A stretch of DNA of 54,179 bases from Candidatus Aminicenantales bacterium (GTDB lineage: Bacteria > Acidobacteriota > Aminicenantia > Aminicenantales > UBA4085). Below, piece by piece: positions 17,392-27,767 of this stretch; positions within the stretch are counted from its first letter, which is position 1, and every line of letters starts with the position of its first letter. Where the stretch lies: NCBI GenBank assembly GCA_049515535.1, contig JBEKTZ010000009.1:124001-178179 (forward strand), read 5' to 3'. A model generated the notes under the pieces. It ran no database searches. It was not told the DNA's origin and worked only from the letters and a program-made list of their open reading frames with translations. A program made the translations under genes and the position numbers.

Positions 17392-19767
17392 ATGCGCCGT
17401 CGAACAGACAACCGAGCCCTGTTCATTTTCGTTTTTTTCATCCTCGTCACGTCGTTAAGCCCGGCCCAGACTCCGGCCGAGAAATCCGTTCCGCCGTTCA
17501 AAATGACCATCGACAACATCATGCGCGGCGCGGATCTCGTCGGCACCGAGCCGTCGGGAACGGCCTGGTCCGCAGACGGATCAAAGCTCTATTTCCGCTG
17601 GAAAAAGCCCGGCGAAAAACAGGCGGAATGGTACGTCATCACGAAATCGAGCGCGACGCCGCTGAAAACGACGGCCGAGGAGATGCAAAAACTCCCGGCC
17701 CTCCCGGGCGGGGGCCCGCGCATGGGCGGGTTCGGCGGCTTCGGCGGCGGCTTCGTCTTTTCCAAAGACAGGAAGAAAGCGCTGACCGGCCAGGGCGTCG
17801 ACATCGGCCTCCTGGATCTCGCGACCGGGAAGACCGTCTCCCTGATCTCGACCGACGCGCGCAAATCCAACATCAATTTCGCGTTCGGCGAAAAAAAGAT
17901 CTATTTCACGAGCGAGGACAATCTTTATCTCTTCTCGCTCGAGGACCGCGGCCTGAGACAGATGACGTCGTTCGCGCGCCGGACGCCTCCCGCGTCCGTG
18001 AGCCGGCCCGACGAGTTGGCCAAGTGGTACGGCGACCAGCAGCTCGATCTCTTTCAGCAATTCAAGCAGAACCTGGACCGGACGGGCGGGGGCCAGAGAG
18101 GGATGGGCGAGTTCGGGGCCGCGGCCGGCCCGTCGCGAAGGCGGCCGTATCTTTTAAAGGACAATCAGACCGTGTCCCAACTCGAACTTTCGCCCGACGA
18201 GAAATACGCGCTGTTCGTTCTCTCGGAGCCCAACCCCGAGGAAAAATCGACCGTCGTTCCTAACTACGTGACGCGCTCGGGCTTCACCGAGGACATCAAC
18301 GGCCGGGCCAAGGCCGGCTACCCGTCGAGGATTTCCAAAGCGGGGATCGTCGAGACGGCGAGCGGCGAGGTGAAATGGGTGGACTACGGCCAGGGCGGCC
18401 GGACCGTCCTTCCCGGCGGCACGTTCTGGTCCCCGGACGGGAAAGTCTGTCTAATGACGGCGCGCGCCGACGACCGCAAGGATCACTGGCTGCTCAAGCT
18501 GGACCTCGCCGCCGGAAAGGCCGCGGTCCTCGACGAGATCCATGATGACGCCTGGGTCGGAGATCTCGGCCTAACCAATATCTTCTGGTGGCCGGACAGC
18601 ATGAACGTTTCCTATATCTCGGAAAAAGACGGCTTCGCTCATCTCTATAAAGCGTCCATCGACGGCAAGGACAAGATCCAACTGACCAAGGGAAAATTCG
18701 AGGTCAAGTCCGCCCAGCTGTCCCGCGACGGCAAGATCATCTATCTCACCTCGAGCGAGGAGCATCCCGGCGAAACGCATTTCTACGCGATGTCGGCCGC
18801 GGGCGGACCGCGGACGAAGATCACGGGCCTCGTCGGCCAAAACCAGGTCTTCCTCTCTCCGGACGAAACGACGCTGGCGATCATGTCTTCGGCGGCCACG
18901 AAACCGCCCGAGCTTTACGTTCAGCCCAACAAGCCCGGTGCGCCGGCCAAGCCGGTCACGATTTCGACCACCGCCGAGTTCCGCTCCTATCCCTGGGTCG
19001 AGCCCGAGGTCATCAGCTTCAAGGCCCGGGACGGGGCCGACGTCTACGCCAGACTGTTCAAACCCAAGAATCCGCATCCTTCGCGGCCGGCCGTCATTTT
19101 CATTCACGGCGCGGGATATCTCCAGAACGCCCACAAGGGCTGGAGCACGTACTTCCACGAGTATATGTTTCACAACTTCCTGTTGGACAACGGCTATCTC
19201 GTGTTCGACGTCGATTACCGGGGCAGCTCGGGCTACGGCCGCGACTGCCGGACCGGCATCTATCGGAACATGGGCGGGAAAGACCTCGACGATATCGTCG
19301 ATGCCGCCCAGTATCTCGTCAAGAGCCGCGGCGTCGATCCCAACCGCATCGGGACGTACGGAGGAAGTTACGGCGGGTTCCTGACGCTGATGGCGATGTT
19401 CAAAACGCCCGGCGTTTTCAAAGCGGGCGCGGCGCTGCGGCCGGTGACGGACTGGGCGGCCTACAGTGCCGGCTACACGGTGGACATCCTGAATCTGCCG
19501 CAGAAAGACACGGAAGCCTACAAGCGAAGCTCGCCGATCTATTACGCCGAAGGATTGAAAGGCGCCCTGCTCATCTGCCACGGCGTGGTCGATACCAACG
19601 TCCATTTCCAGGACACCGTCCGCCTCGTCCAGCGGCTGATCGAGCTCGGCAAGGAGAACTGGGATGTCGCCTTCTATCCCGTCGAGAACCATTCGTTCGT
19701 CAACGCGACGTCATGGACCGACGAATACAAGAGGATTTTCAAGCTCTTCGAGCAGAACCTGAAATAA
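17392..19767 (+). CDS. S9-family serine peptidase (dipeptidyl/acylaminoacyl peptidase-like), secreted
   Basis: Signal peptide, beta-propeller region, IHGAGY, GGSYGG nucleophile, HGVVDTNV Asp, ENHSF His; SD AGGAGG. Confidence 0.93.
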   Translation: MRRRTDNRALFIFVFFILVTSLSPAQTPAEKSVPPFKMTIDNIMRGADLVGTEPSGTAWSADGSKLYFRWKKPGEKQAEWYVITKSSATPLKTTAEEMQKLPALPGGGPRMGGFGGFGGGFVFSKDRKKALTGQGVDIGLLDLATGKTVSLISTDARKSNINFAFGEKKIYFTSEDNLYLFSLEDRGLRQMTSFARRTPPASVSRPDELAKWYGDQQLDLFQQFKQNLDRTGGGQRGMGEFGAAAGPSRRRPYLLKDNQTVSQLELSPDEKYALFVLSEPNPEEKSTVVPNYVTRSGFTEDINGRAKAGYPSRISKAGIVETASGEVKWVDYGQGGRTVLPGGTFWSPDGKVCLMTARADDRKDHWLLKLDLAAGKAAVLDEIHDDAWVGDLGLTNIFWWPDSMNVSYISEKDGFAHLYKASIDGKDKIQLTKGKFEVKSAQLSRDGKIIYLTSSEEHPGETHFYAMSAAGGPRTKITGLVGQNQVFLSPDETTLAIMSSAATKPPELYVQPNKPGAPAKPVTISTTAEFRSYPWVEPEVISFKARDGADVYARLFKPKNPHPSRPAVIFIHGAGYLQNAHKGWSTYFHEYMFHNFLLDNGYLVFDVDYRGSSGYGRDCRTGIYRNMGGKDLDDIVDAAQYLVKSRGVDPNRIGTYGGSYGGFLTLMAMFKTPGVFKAGAALRPVTDWAAYSAGYTVDILNLPQKDTEAYKRSSPIYYAEGLKGALLICHGVVDTNVHFQDTVRLVQRLIELGKENWDVAFYPVENHSFVNATSWTDEYKRIFKLFEQNLK

Positions 19768-19799
19768 GGCGGGTTCGCGGGAGGCAGGAATACGGGGAA

Positions 19800-19828
19800 T
19801 TGCATTCCCGCGAGGGCCTCATTATAAT
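19800..19828 (+). promoter_or_regulatory. Sigma70 promoter, probably giving a leaderless mRNA
   Basis: TTGCAT-17 bp-TATAAT, 5-8 nt before the GTG/ATG start, no SD. Confidence 0.7.
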
Positions 19829-19833
19829 AAGCG

Positions 19834-20754
19834 GTGATGAACGCGGTCATCGCTATCGACAATGTGCGCAAGTCGTTTTCGACCGGCTTCATCCCCAAGA
19901 AAAAAGAGATCCTCAAGGGCATCTCGCTTTCGGTCGCGGCGGGTGAAATCTTCGGCTATCTCGGCCCCAACGGCGCCGGCAAGACGACGACGATCAAATG
20001 CGTTCTCGGCCTGATCTTTCCCGACGAAGGCCGGATCGAGCTCTGCGGCCGGCCGCACCTGGACCCGCGGGCCAAGGAACGCGTCGGCTTTTTGCCGGAA
20101 AATCCCTATTTTTACGATTATCTGACGGCCCGGGAATTTCTCGATTTCTACGGTCAGCTCTTCGAAATCGAAAAGGGCGAGCGCAATCGCCGGATCACCT
20201 CGCTCCTCAATCTCGTCGGCATGGAAAAAGCGGCCGGCCTCCAGCTTCGCAAGTTCTCCCGCGGCATGCTCCAGCGCATCGGGCTGGCCCAGGCCTTGAT
20301 CAACGAGCCCGAGCTCGTCATCCTCGATGAGCCGCTCGGCGGGCTCGATCCGCTCGGCCGCAAGGAGATCCGCGACATCATCCTCCGGCTCCGTGAAGAA
20401 GGAAAGACGGTCTTTCTTTGCTCCCATATCCTGCAGGACATCGAGATGCTCTGCGACCATGTGGCCATCATCGTCGCCGGCCGGATCATGAGTCAGGGCC
20501 GGCTCAGCGACCTGATTTCGGAAAAGGTCCTTTTCACGGAAGTCACGGTCTCCGGGGTCGAGAAAAGAGATCTCGCGCCGTTCGGCGAAAACCTGACCGC
20601 GCAGGGGGACAGGACCCTGCTCAAGGTTTTCGAAGAGGCGAAGGTCCAGGACGTCATGGATCTCGTCCGCAAGAACGGCGGCAAAATCCATTCGCTCATC
20701 CCCCGGACCCAGACCCTGGAAGACATCTTCGTGGACATGGTGAAGCCGCAATGA
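19834..20754 (+). CDS. ABC transporter ATPase (Myxococcus PilH-like)
   Basis: GPNGAGKTT, LPENPYFYDYLT, FSRGMLQR, LDEPLGGLD. Confidence 0.92.
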   Translation: MMNAVIAIDNVRKSFSTGFIPKKKEILKGISLSVAAGEIFGYLGPNGAGKTTTIKCVLGLIFPDEGRIELCGRPHLDPRAKERVGFLPENPYFYDYLTAREFLDFYGQLFEIEKGERNRRITSLLNLVGMEKAAGLQLRKFSRGMLQRIGLAQALINEPELVILDEPLGGLDPLGRKEIRDIILRLREEGKTVFLCSHILQDIEMLCDHVAIIVAGRIMSQGRLSDLISEKVLFTEVTVSGVEKRDLAPFGENLTAQGDRTLLKVFEEAKVQDVMDLVRKNGGKIHSLIPRTQTLEDIFVDMVKPQ

Positions 20755-21524
20755 AGGCCCGGACCGTCCAAGTGATCGCGCTCAATACCTTCAAGGAAGC
20801 GATCCGCGACCGGATTCTCTATCTCCTCCTGTTCTTCGCGGCCGTGGCCATTCTTTTTTCGAGGGTCCTCGCCCTCCTCACGGTCGGCGACCGGACCAAG
20901 ATCATCAAAGACGTCGGGCTCGCCTCGATCTCGCTGTTCGGCGCCCTCATGGCCATCCTCATCGGGACCGGCCTCGTCTACAAGGAAATCGAAAAGCGGA
21001 CGATCTTCACGCTCATCTCCAAGCCCATCCGCCGCCACGAATTCCTGCTCGGGAAATACTTCGGCCTTGTCCTGACGCTCTTCGTCATGCTCCTCTGCAT
21101 GAGCGTCATTTTCCTGGTCCTGATCTTCTTTCAGACATGGACGGTCGAGTGGAAGCTCCTCGTCGCCATCTTCTCCATCTTCATCGAGCTCATCCTGATC
21201 ACGGCCGTCGCGGTCCTCTTCTCCTGCTTCTCAACGCCCATCCTCAGCTCGCTCTTCGCCCTCTGCTTCTACCTCATCGGCCATTTTTCCTGGAGTCTGG
21301 AGACCCTGATCAAAAAAGCCCGCCCCGGCGCGGGCCGGACCCTGCTCCGGGTCCTCGACGCCGTTCTGCCCGACCTCGAGAATTTCAACTTGAAGACCGA
21401 GGTCGTCCACGGGCTCCCCATTTCCGCCGCGCACGTCTTATATGCCACGGCCTACGGCGTCGTTTATGCGGCCTTCGTTCTCACGCTCGCCGTCCTCATT
21501 TTCCGCCGGCGGGATTTCATTTAA
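20751..21524 (+). CDS. ABC transporter permease (PilI-like)
   Basis: ATGA overlap with the ATPase; IALNTFKEAIRDR, EIEKRTIFTLISKP, C-terminal FRRRDF. Confidence 0.88.
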   Translation: MKARTVQVIALNTFKEAIRDRILYLLLFFAAVAILFSRVLALLTVGDRTKIIKDVGLASISLFGALMAILIGTGLVYKEIEKRTIFTLISKPIRRHEFLLGKYFGLVLTLFVMLLCMSVIFLVLIFFQTWTVEWKLLVAIFSIFIELILITAVAVLFSCFSTPILSSLFALCFYLIGHFSWSLETLIKKARPGAGRTLLRVLDAVLPDLENFNLKTEVVHGLPISAAHVLYATAYGVVYAAFVLTLAVLIFRRRDFI

Positions 21525-21527
21525 TCG

Positions 21528-22367
21528 ATGAAAAAGAACATCTCCCTGGCCCTGATTCTGCTCCTGCTCGCCCTGACGTTCGCGGGACTCAAGCTCAAGA
21601 TCGAGGCGATTCCGCGCAAAAAAGTTCCCGGCTCGAGCATCATTTATATCCCATCCGGAAAATATCTCAAAATGGCCGCGTTCGGGTACGCCTCGCTCTT
21701 CGCCGACATCATTTACATCTGGGCCATCCAATACTACGGCAATGACGCCATCCAGGACCGGTTCGCCTATTTTACCCATATTTTCTCGATCATTTCCGAG
21801 CTGGATCCCCGCTATGTCGACCCCTACGAAGTCGGCGCCATGATCGCCATCTACGATAAGCAGGATATCCCCCTCGCCTTGAAGATCCTGGACATGGGTC
21901 TGGCCAAGAATCCCGACATGTGGATCTTTCCGCTCGAGGCGGGGCATTACGCGCAGTTGTACAAAAAAGACTACGAGCTGGCCCGGGAGTATTATAAAAA
22001 AGCGATGGACATCAAGGGCGCGCCGGACATCGCCAAGCGGCTCTATGCCGCGGCGTCTTTCAAGACCTCGGATCTGAGGACCGCCTGGGAAACCTGGCTC
22101 GACGTTTTCAAAACGGCCGCCGACGATCAGGTCAAAAAGATCGCCTCGAATCATCTCTATGAGGTGAAAGCCGCCGTCGACGCGGCCGTTCTAAAAAACG
22201 CCCTGGAAAAATACAGGGAAAGATTCCGGCGGAATCCCGCCGAGCTGGAGGAACTTGTCCGGGCCAGTCTCCTCGCGACACTGCCGAAGGATTTCGACGA
22301 CAAGGACTATCTCTACGACCCGCGGACCGGCGAGATCAAAACACAGGTCATCCCGTGGAAACGATGA
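21528..22367 (+). CDS. Membrane-anchored TPR-like protein (PilG-like)
   Basis: N-terminal TM, ADIIYIWAIQYYG, ELDPRY, helical repeats; lies between the ABC genes and pilD. Confidence 0.65.
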   Translation: MKKNISLALILLLLALTFAGLKLKIEAIPRKKVPGSSIIYIPSGKYLKMAAFGYASLFADIIYIWAIQYYGNDAIQDRFAYFTHIFSIISELDPRYVDPYEVGAMIAIYDKQDIPLALKILDMGLAKNPDMWIFPLEAGHYAQLYKKDYELAREYYKKAMDIKGAPDIAKRLYAAASFKTSDLRTAWETWLDVFKTAADDQVKKIASNHLYEVKAAVDAAVLKNALEKYRERFRRNPAELEELVRASLLATLPKDFDDKDYLYDPRTGEIKTQVIPWKR

Positions 22368-23122
22368 TTCTTGTCGTCTTGGCCGGACTCGTCTGGGGGA
22401 GCTTCCTCAACGTCGTGATTTACAGGCTCCCCGTAGGGATGAGCCTCGTCCGGCCTCCGTCGGCCTGCCCCGCCTGCAAAAAGCGGATCAAGCCCTACGA
22501 CAACGTCCCGATCTTGTCCTATCTCATTCTCCGGGGAAAATGCCGCCACTGCGGAAACCGAATCCCGGTTTCTTATGTCCTCGTGGAGATCATGACGCCG
22601 GCCGCTTTCGTGATTCTCTATCTTCACGACTCGCTGAGTCTGTTCTTTTTCGCCTCATGTCTTTTCGCAAGCGCCCTCATCGTTCTCGGGTTCATCGATT
22701 ATCGGCACAAGATCCTGCCGGACAGGATCACGTTTCCCGGGATCGCCCTCGGCCTCATTTATGCGTTTTTCCGGAGCGACCTGACGTTCCTCCAGGCGCT
22801 TCTGGGCGCCGCCGTCGGAGCCGGATTTCTGTTGATCATCTACGCCGGGTATTATCTCGTCCGGAAAAAAGAAGGCTTGGGGCTCGGCGACGTCACGATG
22901 ATGCTCATGGTCGGCGCCTATCTCGGCTGGCTTAAAACCCTGTTGACGCTGATCCTGGCCTCCTTCGCCGGCGCCTTGGTGGGAATCATCATCATCACGG
23001 CCAAGAAAAAAGACCTCCAATACATACTCCCCTACGGCACGTTTCTCGCCCCGGCCGCCTTCATCGCCCTCGTCTGGGGCGATCGGATCATTCAGGCCTA
23101 CCTGTCTCTTTTTTCAAGGTAG
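22364..23122 (+). CDS. pilD: Prepilin peptidase (A24)
   Basis: GSFLNVVIYRLP, CPAC...CRHC, FIDY, GLGDV, PYGTFL. Confidence 0.95.
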   Translation: MILVVLAGLVWGSFLNVVIYRLPVGMSLVRPPSACPACKKRIKPYDNVPILSYLILRGKCRHCGNRIPVSYVLVEIMTPAAFVILYLHDSLSLFFFASCLFASALIVLGFIDYRHKILPDRITFPGIALGLIYAFFRSDLTFLQALLGAAVGAGFLLIIYAGYYLVRKKEGLGLGDVTMMLMVGAYLGWLKTLLTLILASFAGALVGIIIITAKKKDLQYILPYGTFLAPAAFIALVWGDRIIQAYLSLFSR

Positions 23123-23168
23123 ATACTCGGGTTCAAGGGATCCGGCTTCCGCGTCCGCCGGTCCGGAC

Positions 23169-24437
23169 CTATTTTTCCTGCCAGGATTTGACGACGTAGG
23201 CGCCCGAGCTGCCGAAGCCGGTGGACAGGCTCCCCAGCGCCTCGTCGTAATGGATGGCGGCGTTGTTGCTTTGGACGATTTTGTTCGCGACGACCGAGCC
23301 GAAGATTCCGCCGTTATTGGATAGCGTCACGTCCGCCTTGGGGAAATATAGCGCGCCGTAGGTGGCCGTATTGTTGCAGAATGTTTTCGACCCGCTGAAC
23401 GAATCGGTCCCGAACATGAGGAGTTTCGTCGGGTCCTGGGTTAGGTTGTTGATCAGGGCGTTGTTGGAGATGTTCCAGGTCCCGCCGAAATACATCGTCA
23501 CGCCGCAGCCGCTGTTGATCCTGAACTGGGCGTTGTTCGAGAGGGTGAACGTTCCCGTGATATAAAGAGTGACGTTCGAGACGATCGTCACGACGGCGTT
23601 GTTGCTGAGCGTGAAATTCGTATATTGACTGCTTTGGCTGAGGCTCCCCGTGCCGTTATCGCCCAGGGAATAGTCGCCTTGATACGTCAGTCCCGTGGGC
23701 TCCGGGACCGAAGGCATAGCCTTGGGCGCGCTCAGGGCGGCTTTTTGTCCGGTGATGACGGAATTGTTCCCCTGGTGGATGACGGAATTCGGGTTCGACT
23801 GGTATCCCGTCATTGCGTCGCCGTCGATATAAGCGTTATTGTCAAACGTGAGCCCGACGTTGAGGCTGGCGTAGGTCGTGGCGTTGGTCCCGACGTCGCC
23901 GTTGTGATGAATGTTCGAGCCGCCGTAAGCGCCCAAGCGCGAGTCGTAGCTGTCGATATAGGCGTTATTGTCGACCGTCGCGCCCTTGTCGCCGAAGACG
24001 CCGAAATCGAAGGTCGGCGGCGCGCCGCCGGCCTGGAGAACGACGCAGACCGTTCGCGACAGATTCGCCGAGGCGACGAAAGGCACGGATCCCGTGGATT
24101 CGATCACGGGATTGTTGCCGGCGGGATCGCCGACCGTGATCGCGATATCGCCGATGACGTCGCCGTTGGAAGCCGTGAAATTCGGGATCGTCAAGGTCCG
24201 CGATGCGCTCGACCCGCTCCATGACGAGATATTTCCATAATTCAGCTCCCAGATGGCCCGCTCCACGCCGGCCTCGGCCAGGTTCAGCGCCGCCAGGGAC
24301 TTATAGGATTTTTCGGTGATATGATAGCGGCCGGTCATCTTGAACAAAAAGGGCAGGGCCATGCCCAGCAGGACAACGCCGACCAACAAGGAAAGGAACA
24401 GGGCAGCTCCTTTCTCCCGGGGTTTGGAACGGTGCAT
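23169..24437 (-). CDS. PilX-like minor pilin with a beta-helix-like C-terminal domain (paralog 2)
   Basis: REKG|AALF cleavage site without Glu5, ALNLAEAGVERA, repeated LSNNA/NN turns, HYDEAL, KSWQE. Confidence 0.82.
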   Translation of the reverse strand: MHRSKPREKGAALFLSLLVGVVLLGMALPFLFKMTGRYHITEKSYKSLAALNLAEAGVERAIWELNYGNISSWSGSSASRTLTIPNFTASNGDVIGDIAITVGDPAGNNPVIESTGSVPFVASANLSRTVCVVLQAGGAPPTFDFGVFGDKGATVDNNAYIDSYDSRLGAYGGSNIHHNGDVGTNATTYASLNVGLTFDNNAYIDGDAMTGYQSNPNSVIHQGNNSVITGQKAALSAPKAMPSVPEPTGLTYQGDYSLGDNGTGSLSQSSQYTNFTLSNNAVVTIVSNVTLYITGTFTLSNNAQFRINSGCGVTMYFGGTWNISNNALINNLTQDPTKLLMFGTDSFSGSKTFCNNTATYGALYFPKADVTLSNNGGIFGSVVANKIVQSNNAAIHYDEALGSLSTGFGSSGAYVVKSWQEK

Positions 24438-24612
24438 ATTTCTCTTCCGGGATGGAGCTTAAGCCTCGGAATGCGACTTGTCCATGCCCCTCGGGTGGGA
24501 ATCGGAGAGGATTTATTTCACCCCGGAATTCATTGACCGGGAGGGGGCGAGGATTAACCTCCGGGAGGATTAGCCCCTCAGCTGATCTTCTGGGATCACG
24601 GCGGGAGGGGGA

Positions 24613-26040
24613 TTATTGGACGGTGGCCATCAAATAATCGGTGACCTGGAGGTTGTATTTTTCCGGATCGAGGGTCTTGACGATCGTCCGTTTGAACTTC
24701 TTCGTCTGCGGGTCCTGTTCGGTCACGTCGATGACCGGTCCGTCAATTTTGCGCCCCATCTGGTCGGTGATCAGCTTGACCATCGGCCGGTAGGCGAAGG
24801 CCGCTAAGGGATTGTTCTCGACGACAATGCCGACCTCGCCGGAGTTCATGGCCGCCAGCGTCCCGATCGGGTAGACGCCCATCATCTGGACGAAGGCCTT
24901 GAACAGGAGGGGCTCGAACTCCTCGGCGCAGTTCTTCTGCATCAGCTTGAGGGCTTCCTCGGGGGTAAAGGTCTTGGGCCGGTAGACCCGCTTGGTCGTG
25001 ATCGCGTCGTAATAATCGATGACCTTGACGATCTGGCTGAACAGGTTCACTTTCTTCCGCCGGGCGTATTTCGGATACCCGGCCATCCCCGGTTTGATAT
25101 GGTGTTCCATGGCCACCTGGACCGCCGCGTCGGGGATCTCTTCCGTGGCCTTGCGCCGGGCGAGCTTTCCCGCGCCGATTTGGGAGTGCTTTTCCATGAC
25201 CGCCCGTTCCTCCGGCTCGAGCTTGCCCGGCTTGTCTAGGATCTCATTGGGGATATCGAACTTCCCGACGTCATGGAGGCAGGCGCTGATGCCCAGCTGG
25301 ATCAGCTCGGGCCGGGTCAGCCCCAGCCGCCGGCCGAGGGCCAGGGACAGGATGCAGACGTTCACCGAGTGGTTGAGCGTGTATTCCTGGAAGTTCTTGA
25401 TGTTGGTCAGCGCGATCAAAAAGGCCTCGTGCGACATGAGATGGTTGATCAGCGATTGGATCCAGCGCCGGGTCAAGTGGATGTTCATGGATCGCTGCTG
25501 GCTTTCGAAGAGGTCCTTGAGATGATAGATGCCCAGGGTGTAGATCGGGATGGCGCTCTTCTCGCTGATGTCGATGCGCTCCTCGTCCGGGAGCTTCTTC
25601 AGCTGGATGTTGGGAAAGGATCCGGCGTGCAGCTCCTCATCGGTCCGTTCGAACGAAAAGCCCTTGGCCAGGTTCCGGCGGGACAGAAAGACGACGAACC
25701 GGACGATCTCGTCCTCGGTCAGGTCGGGGAAGAGGGTCAGGGTCCCGATCTGCCGGGCGAGGAACTCCTCGATGACGGACTTGTAGACGATGTAGTTGGC
25801 GATGTTGAATTTCAGCCGGATCTTGTTGACGAAGAAGGTGTCATGGCGGAGCTGGATCTGGATCTTGTCCTCGGTCTTGAAGGCCTCGTTGAGCGCGGCC
25901 CGGAAGTCCCGTAGGCGTTCCATGAAGCCGAGGTTGTTGGCCTCGTAGACCTTGATCAGCTTCAGGACGATGTGGAAATGGGTCAGGATGTCCAGGGCCG
26001 TCTTGAAGCTCATCTCGGAGGGCCGGTTGTCGTCGGTCAC
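24613..26040 (-). CDS. HD-GYP domain protein (putative cyclic-di-GMP phosphodiesterase)
   Basis: YTLNHSVNV, LHDVGK, HH...GYP, DYYDAITTKRVYR, GVYPIGT; GTGA overlap with the HEAT gene. Confidence 0.88.
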   Translation of the reverse strand: MTDDNRPSEMSFKTALDILTHFHIVLKLIKVYEANNLGFMERLRDFRAALNEAFKTEDKIQIQLRHDTFFVNKIRLKFNIANYIVYKSVIEEFLARQIGTLTLFPDLTEDEIVRFVVFLSRRNLAKGFSFERTDEELHAGSFPNIQLKKLPDEERIDISEKSAIPIYTLGIYHLKDLFESQQRSMNIHLTRRWIQSLINHLMSHEAFLIALTNIKNFQEYTLNHSVNVCILSLALGRRLGLTRPELIQLGISACLHDVGKFDIPNEILDKPGKLEPEERAVMEKHSQIGAGKLARRKATEEIPDAAVQVAMEHHIKPGMAGYPKYARRKKVNLFSQIVKVIDYYDAITTKRVYRPKTFTPEEALKLMQKNCAEEFEPLLFKAFVQMMGVYPIGTLAAMNSGEVGIVVENNPLAAFAYRPMVKLITDQMGRKIDGPVIDVTEQDPQTKKFKRTIVKTLDPEKYNLQVTDYLMATVQ

Positions 26041-27767
26041 GCAGGTCTCCTCATTTCATATCCCTGGACGAGGGCCAGCTGTTTCAGGGCGGCCCGGATC
26101 TCCATGCGGATGATGTTCGGCCTGCGGCGCGCCTGGCCTTTCAGGGCCGCGACGGCGGCCGGTGTGGCCATCGTCGCCAGGGCCTGGATGGCGCAGAGGC
26201 GGGTTTCCAGCGTCTTCGCCCTGCCGAACAGGCTCGTCCGCTTGATCAGGCCGACGAGAACGGCGCAGGCCTCGTCCGTCCGGCTCCTGGCCAGCGCTTT
26301 CAGCGCGGCTTCCTTCTCCCATGACGTCTTGCGCCGAGAAGTCTTGGCCGAGACGATCCCGATCAGCCGACGGGCCAGCTCGCCGCCGGGTGCCACCGTG
26401 ACGGCCTTCAGGACCTCGATCCGCAGCTCTTCATCCGGGTCGTCGAGAAGGGCCGACAAGCTCTCTTGGGCCGCACCGTCCTGGAACTTGCCAAGGGCCC
26501 GGACCGCCTCGATCTTCACGTCCTTCCGGCCCGTGGCGATGAATTTCAAGAGATGCGGGATCGTCGCGGCATCCGGTTTCTGCCCGAGAACGGCGATGAC
26601 CGTTTTGGCGAATTCCGGCCTGTCCTGCCCGGCCAGGTCGACGAGAGACTGAGGGACCTTCCGGGCCATGTCCTCTAAATACGATTGGGCGTCGGTCCGG
26701 AACTCGGTCTCCCGGACGCGCTCGAAGAGGTCCGCGGCCAGGGACAGGGAGTCGGGGCCCACGAATTTCAAATATTCGAAAAAGGTCCGGGAGTTGGGCA
26801 CGCGCTGTTCAAGCGCCTTCTCCCGGATCTTGTCCAGGGGAAAGCGGGCTCTGACCGCGCCGTAGAATTTTTCGAGCTCCCGGCCTTTCCAGGGCGTTGC
26901 GGGCGCGCTCAGGCGGGCCACTTCGTCCATCCGGTTCAAGAAGCGGACGGCCTGGGTGAAATCCATTTTCAGGGCGAGATGGTAAAGATAATTCTCCAGG
27001 GACGACAGGATCTGGGCGAAGTCCTCGGGCCGGTCCTCGAGGTTGAGGACTTCGAACATCATCTCGGGGAATTCTTTTTCGACGGATTCGCGGCGCTCGG
27101 CGCCGAGCCTGTCTTCCAGGGCCTGCACGTCGCTTTCGGTGAGGGGGGCGAAGAGACTTCCGGCCTCGCCGGACTCCTGGGAGCCCTTCCGGCACAGTTC
27201 CATGCTCCGGCGGAAGATGTCCTCGGCGTCTTCGGCCGTGAACTCGATGGAGCCCTCGTAGAGGGCCTCGCGTTTGATGTCGAACTCGCGGGGCAGGTCC
27301 TGGTTGCCGGAGAGTTTGGCCTCGATGAACTCGTCGGGCGAGAGATAGCGGATGTGCTCGAAATCCCGCTGCCAGAGGGCGTCGACGATGTCGCCCACGT
27401 CGACGGGAAGGAAGGAGACATTCCGGACGACATCCAGGAAGTCGGAGAACTCTTCGCTCGTCAGCCCTTTCATGAAAGCCAGTTTCTGCATCCCGTCCTT
27501 GTGGAAAAAGTAGGGCAGGCTGCGGAGGACATTGTCTTCCTGGTAGACGGTCTCGTCCAGATAAAGGAAGGACCCCTGTTTGATGTCGAGCTCGAGCTCG
27601 CCGTGGTCGTCGAGGAATTTCCGGAGCCGGCAGAAAACGCCGTTCCGGAGCTGGATGATCGATTCATGGCCGGGGGGGAAGATCTTCGTCGCGGAGACGG
27701 CCCGGACCAGGGCGGAGCAGAGGTCCTTGACGAGCTCGAACAGCTTCTTATCGGCGCCCTCGGTCAA
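26037..27767 (-). CDS. HEAT-repeat protein
   Basis: C-terminal HEAT repeats (VKIEAVRALG, LLDDPDEELRIE); N-terminal IFPPGH domain; TTGA overlap with the PilX-like gene. Confidence 0.82.
   Translation of the reverse strand: MTEGADKKLFELVKDLCSALVRAVSATKIFPPGHESIIQLRNGVFCRLRKFLDDHGELELDIKQGSFLYLDETVYQEDNVLRSLPYFFHKDGMQKLAFMKGLTSEEFSDFLDVVRNVSFLPVDVGDIVDALWQRDFEHIRYLSPDEFIEAKLSGNQDLPREFDIKREALYEGSIEFTAEDAEDIFRRSMELCRKGSQESGEAGSLFAPLTESDVQALEDRLGAERRESVEKEFPEMMFEVLNLEDRPEDFAQILSSLENYLYHLALKMDFTQAVRFLNRMDEVARLSAPATPWKGRELEKFYGAVRARFPLDKIREKALEQRVPNSRTFFEYLKFVGPDSLSLAADLFERVRETEFRTDAQSYLEDMARKVPQSLVDLAGQDRPEFAKTVIAVLGQKPDAATIPHLLKFIATGRKDVKIEAVRALGKFQDGAAQESLSALLDDPDEELRIEVLKAVTVAPGGELARRLIGIVSAKTSRRKTSWEKEAALKALARSRTDEACAVLVGLIKRTSLFGRAKTLETRLCAIQALATMATPAAVAALKGQARRRPNIIRMEIRAALKQLALVQGYEMRRPA

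Noticed and set aside
17172..18263. 363-aa ORF upstream of and overlapping the S9 peptidase
   Set aside because: Alternative frame with Arg/Pro-rich composition; the peptidase has its own SD and signal peptide.
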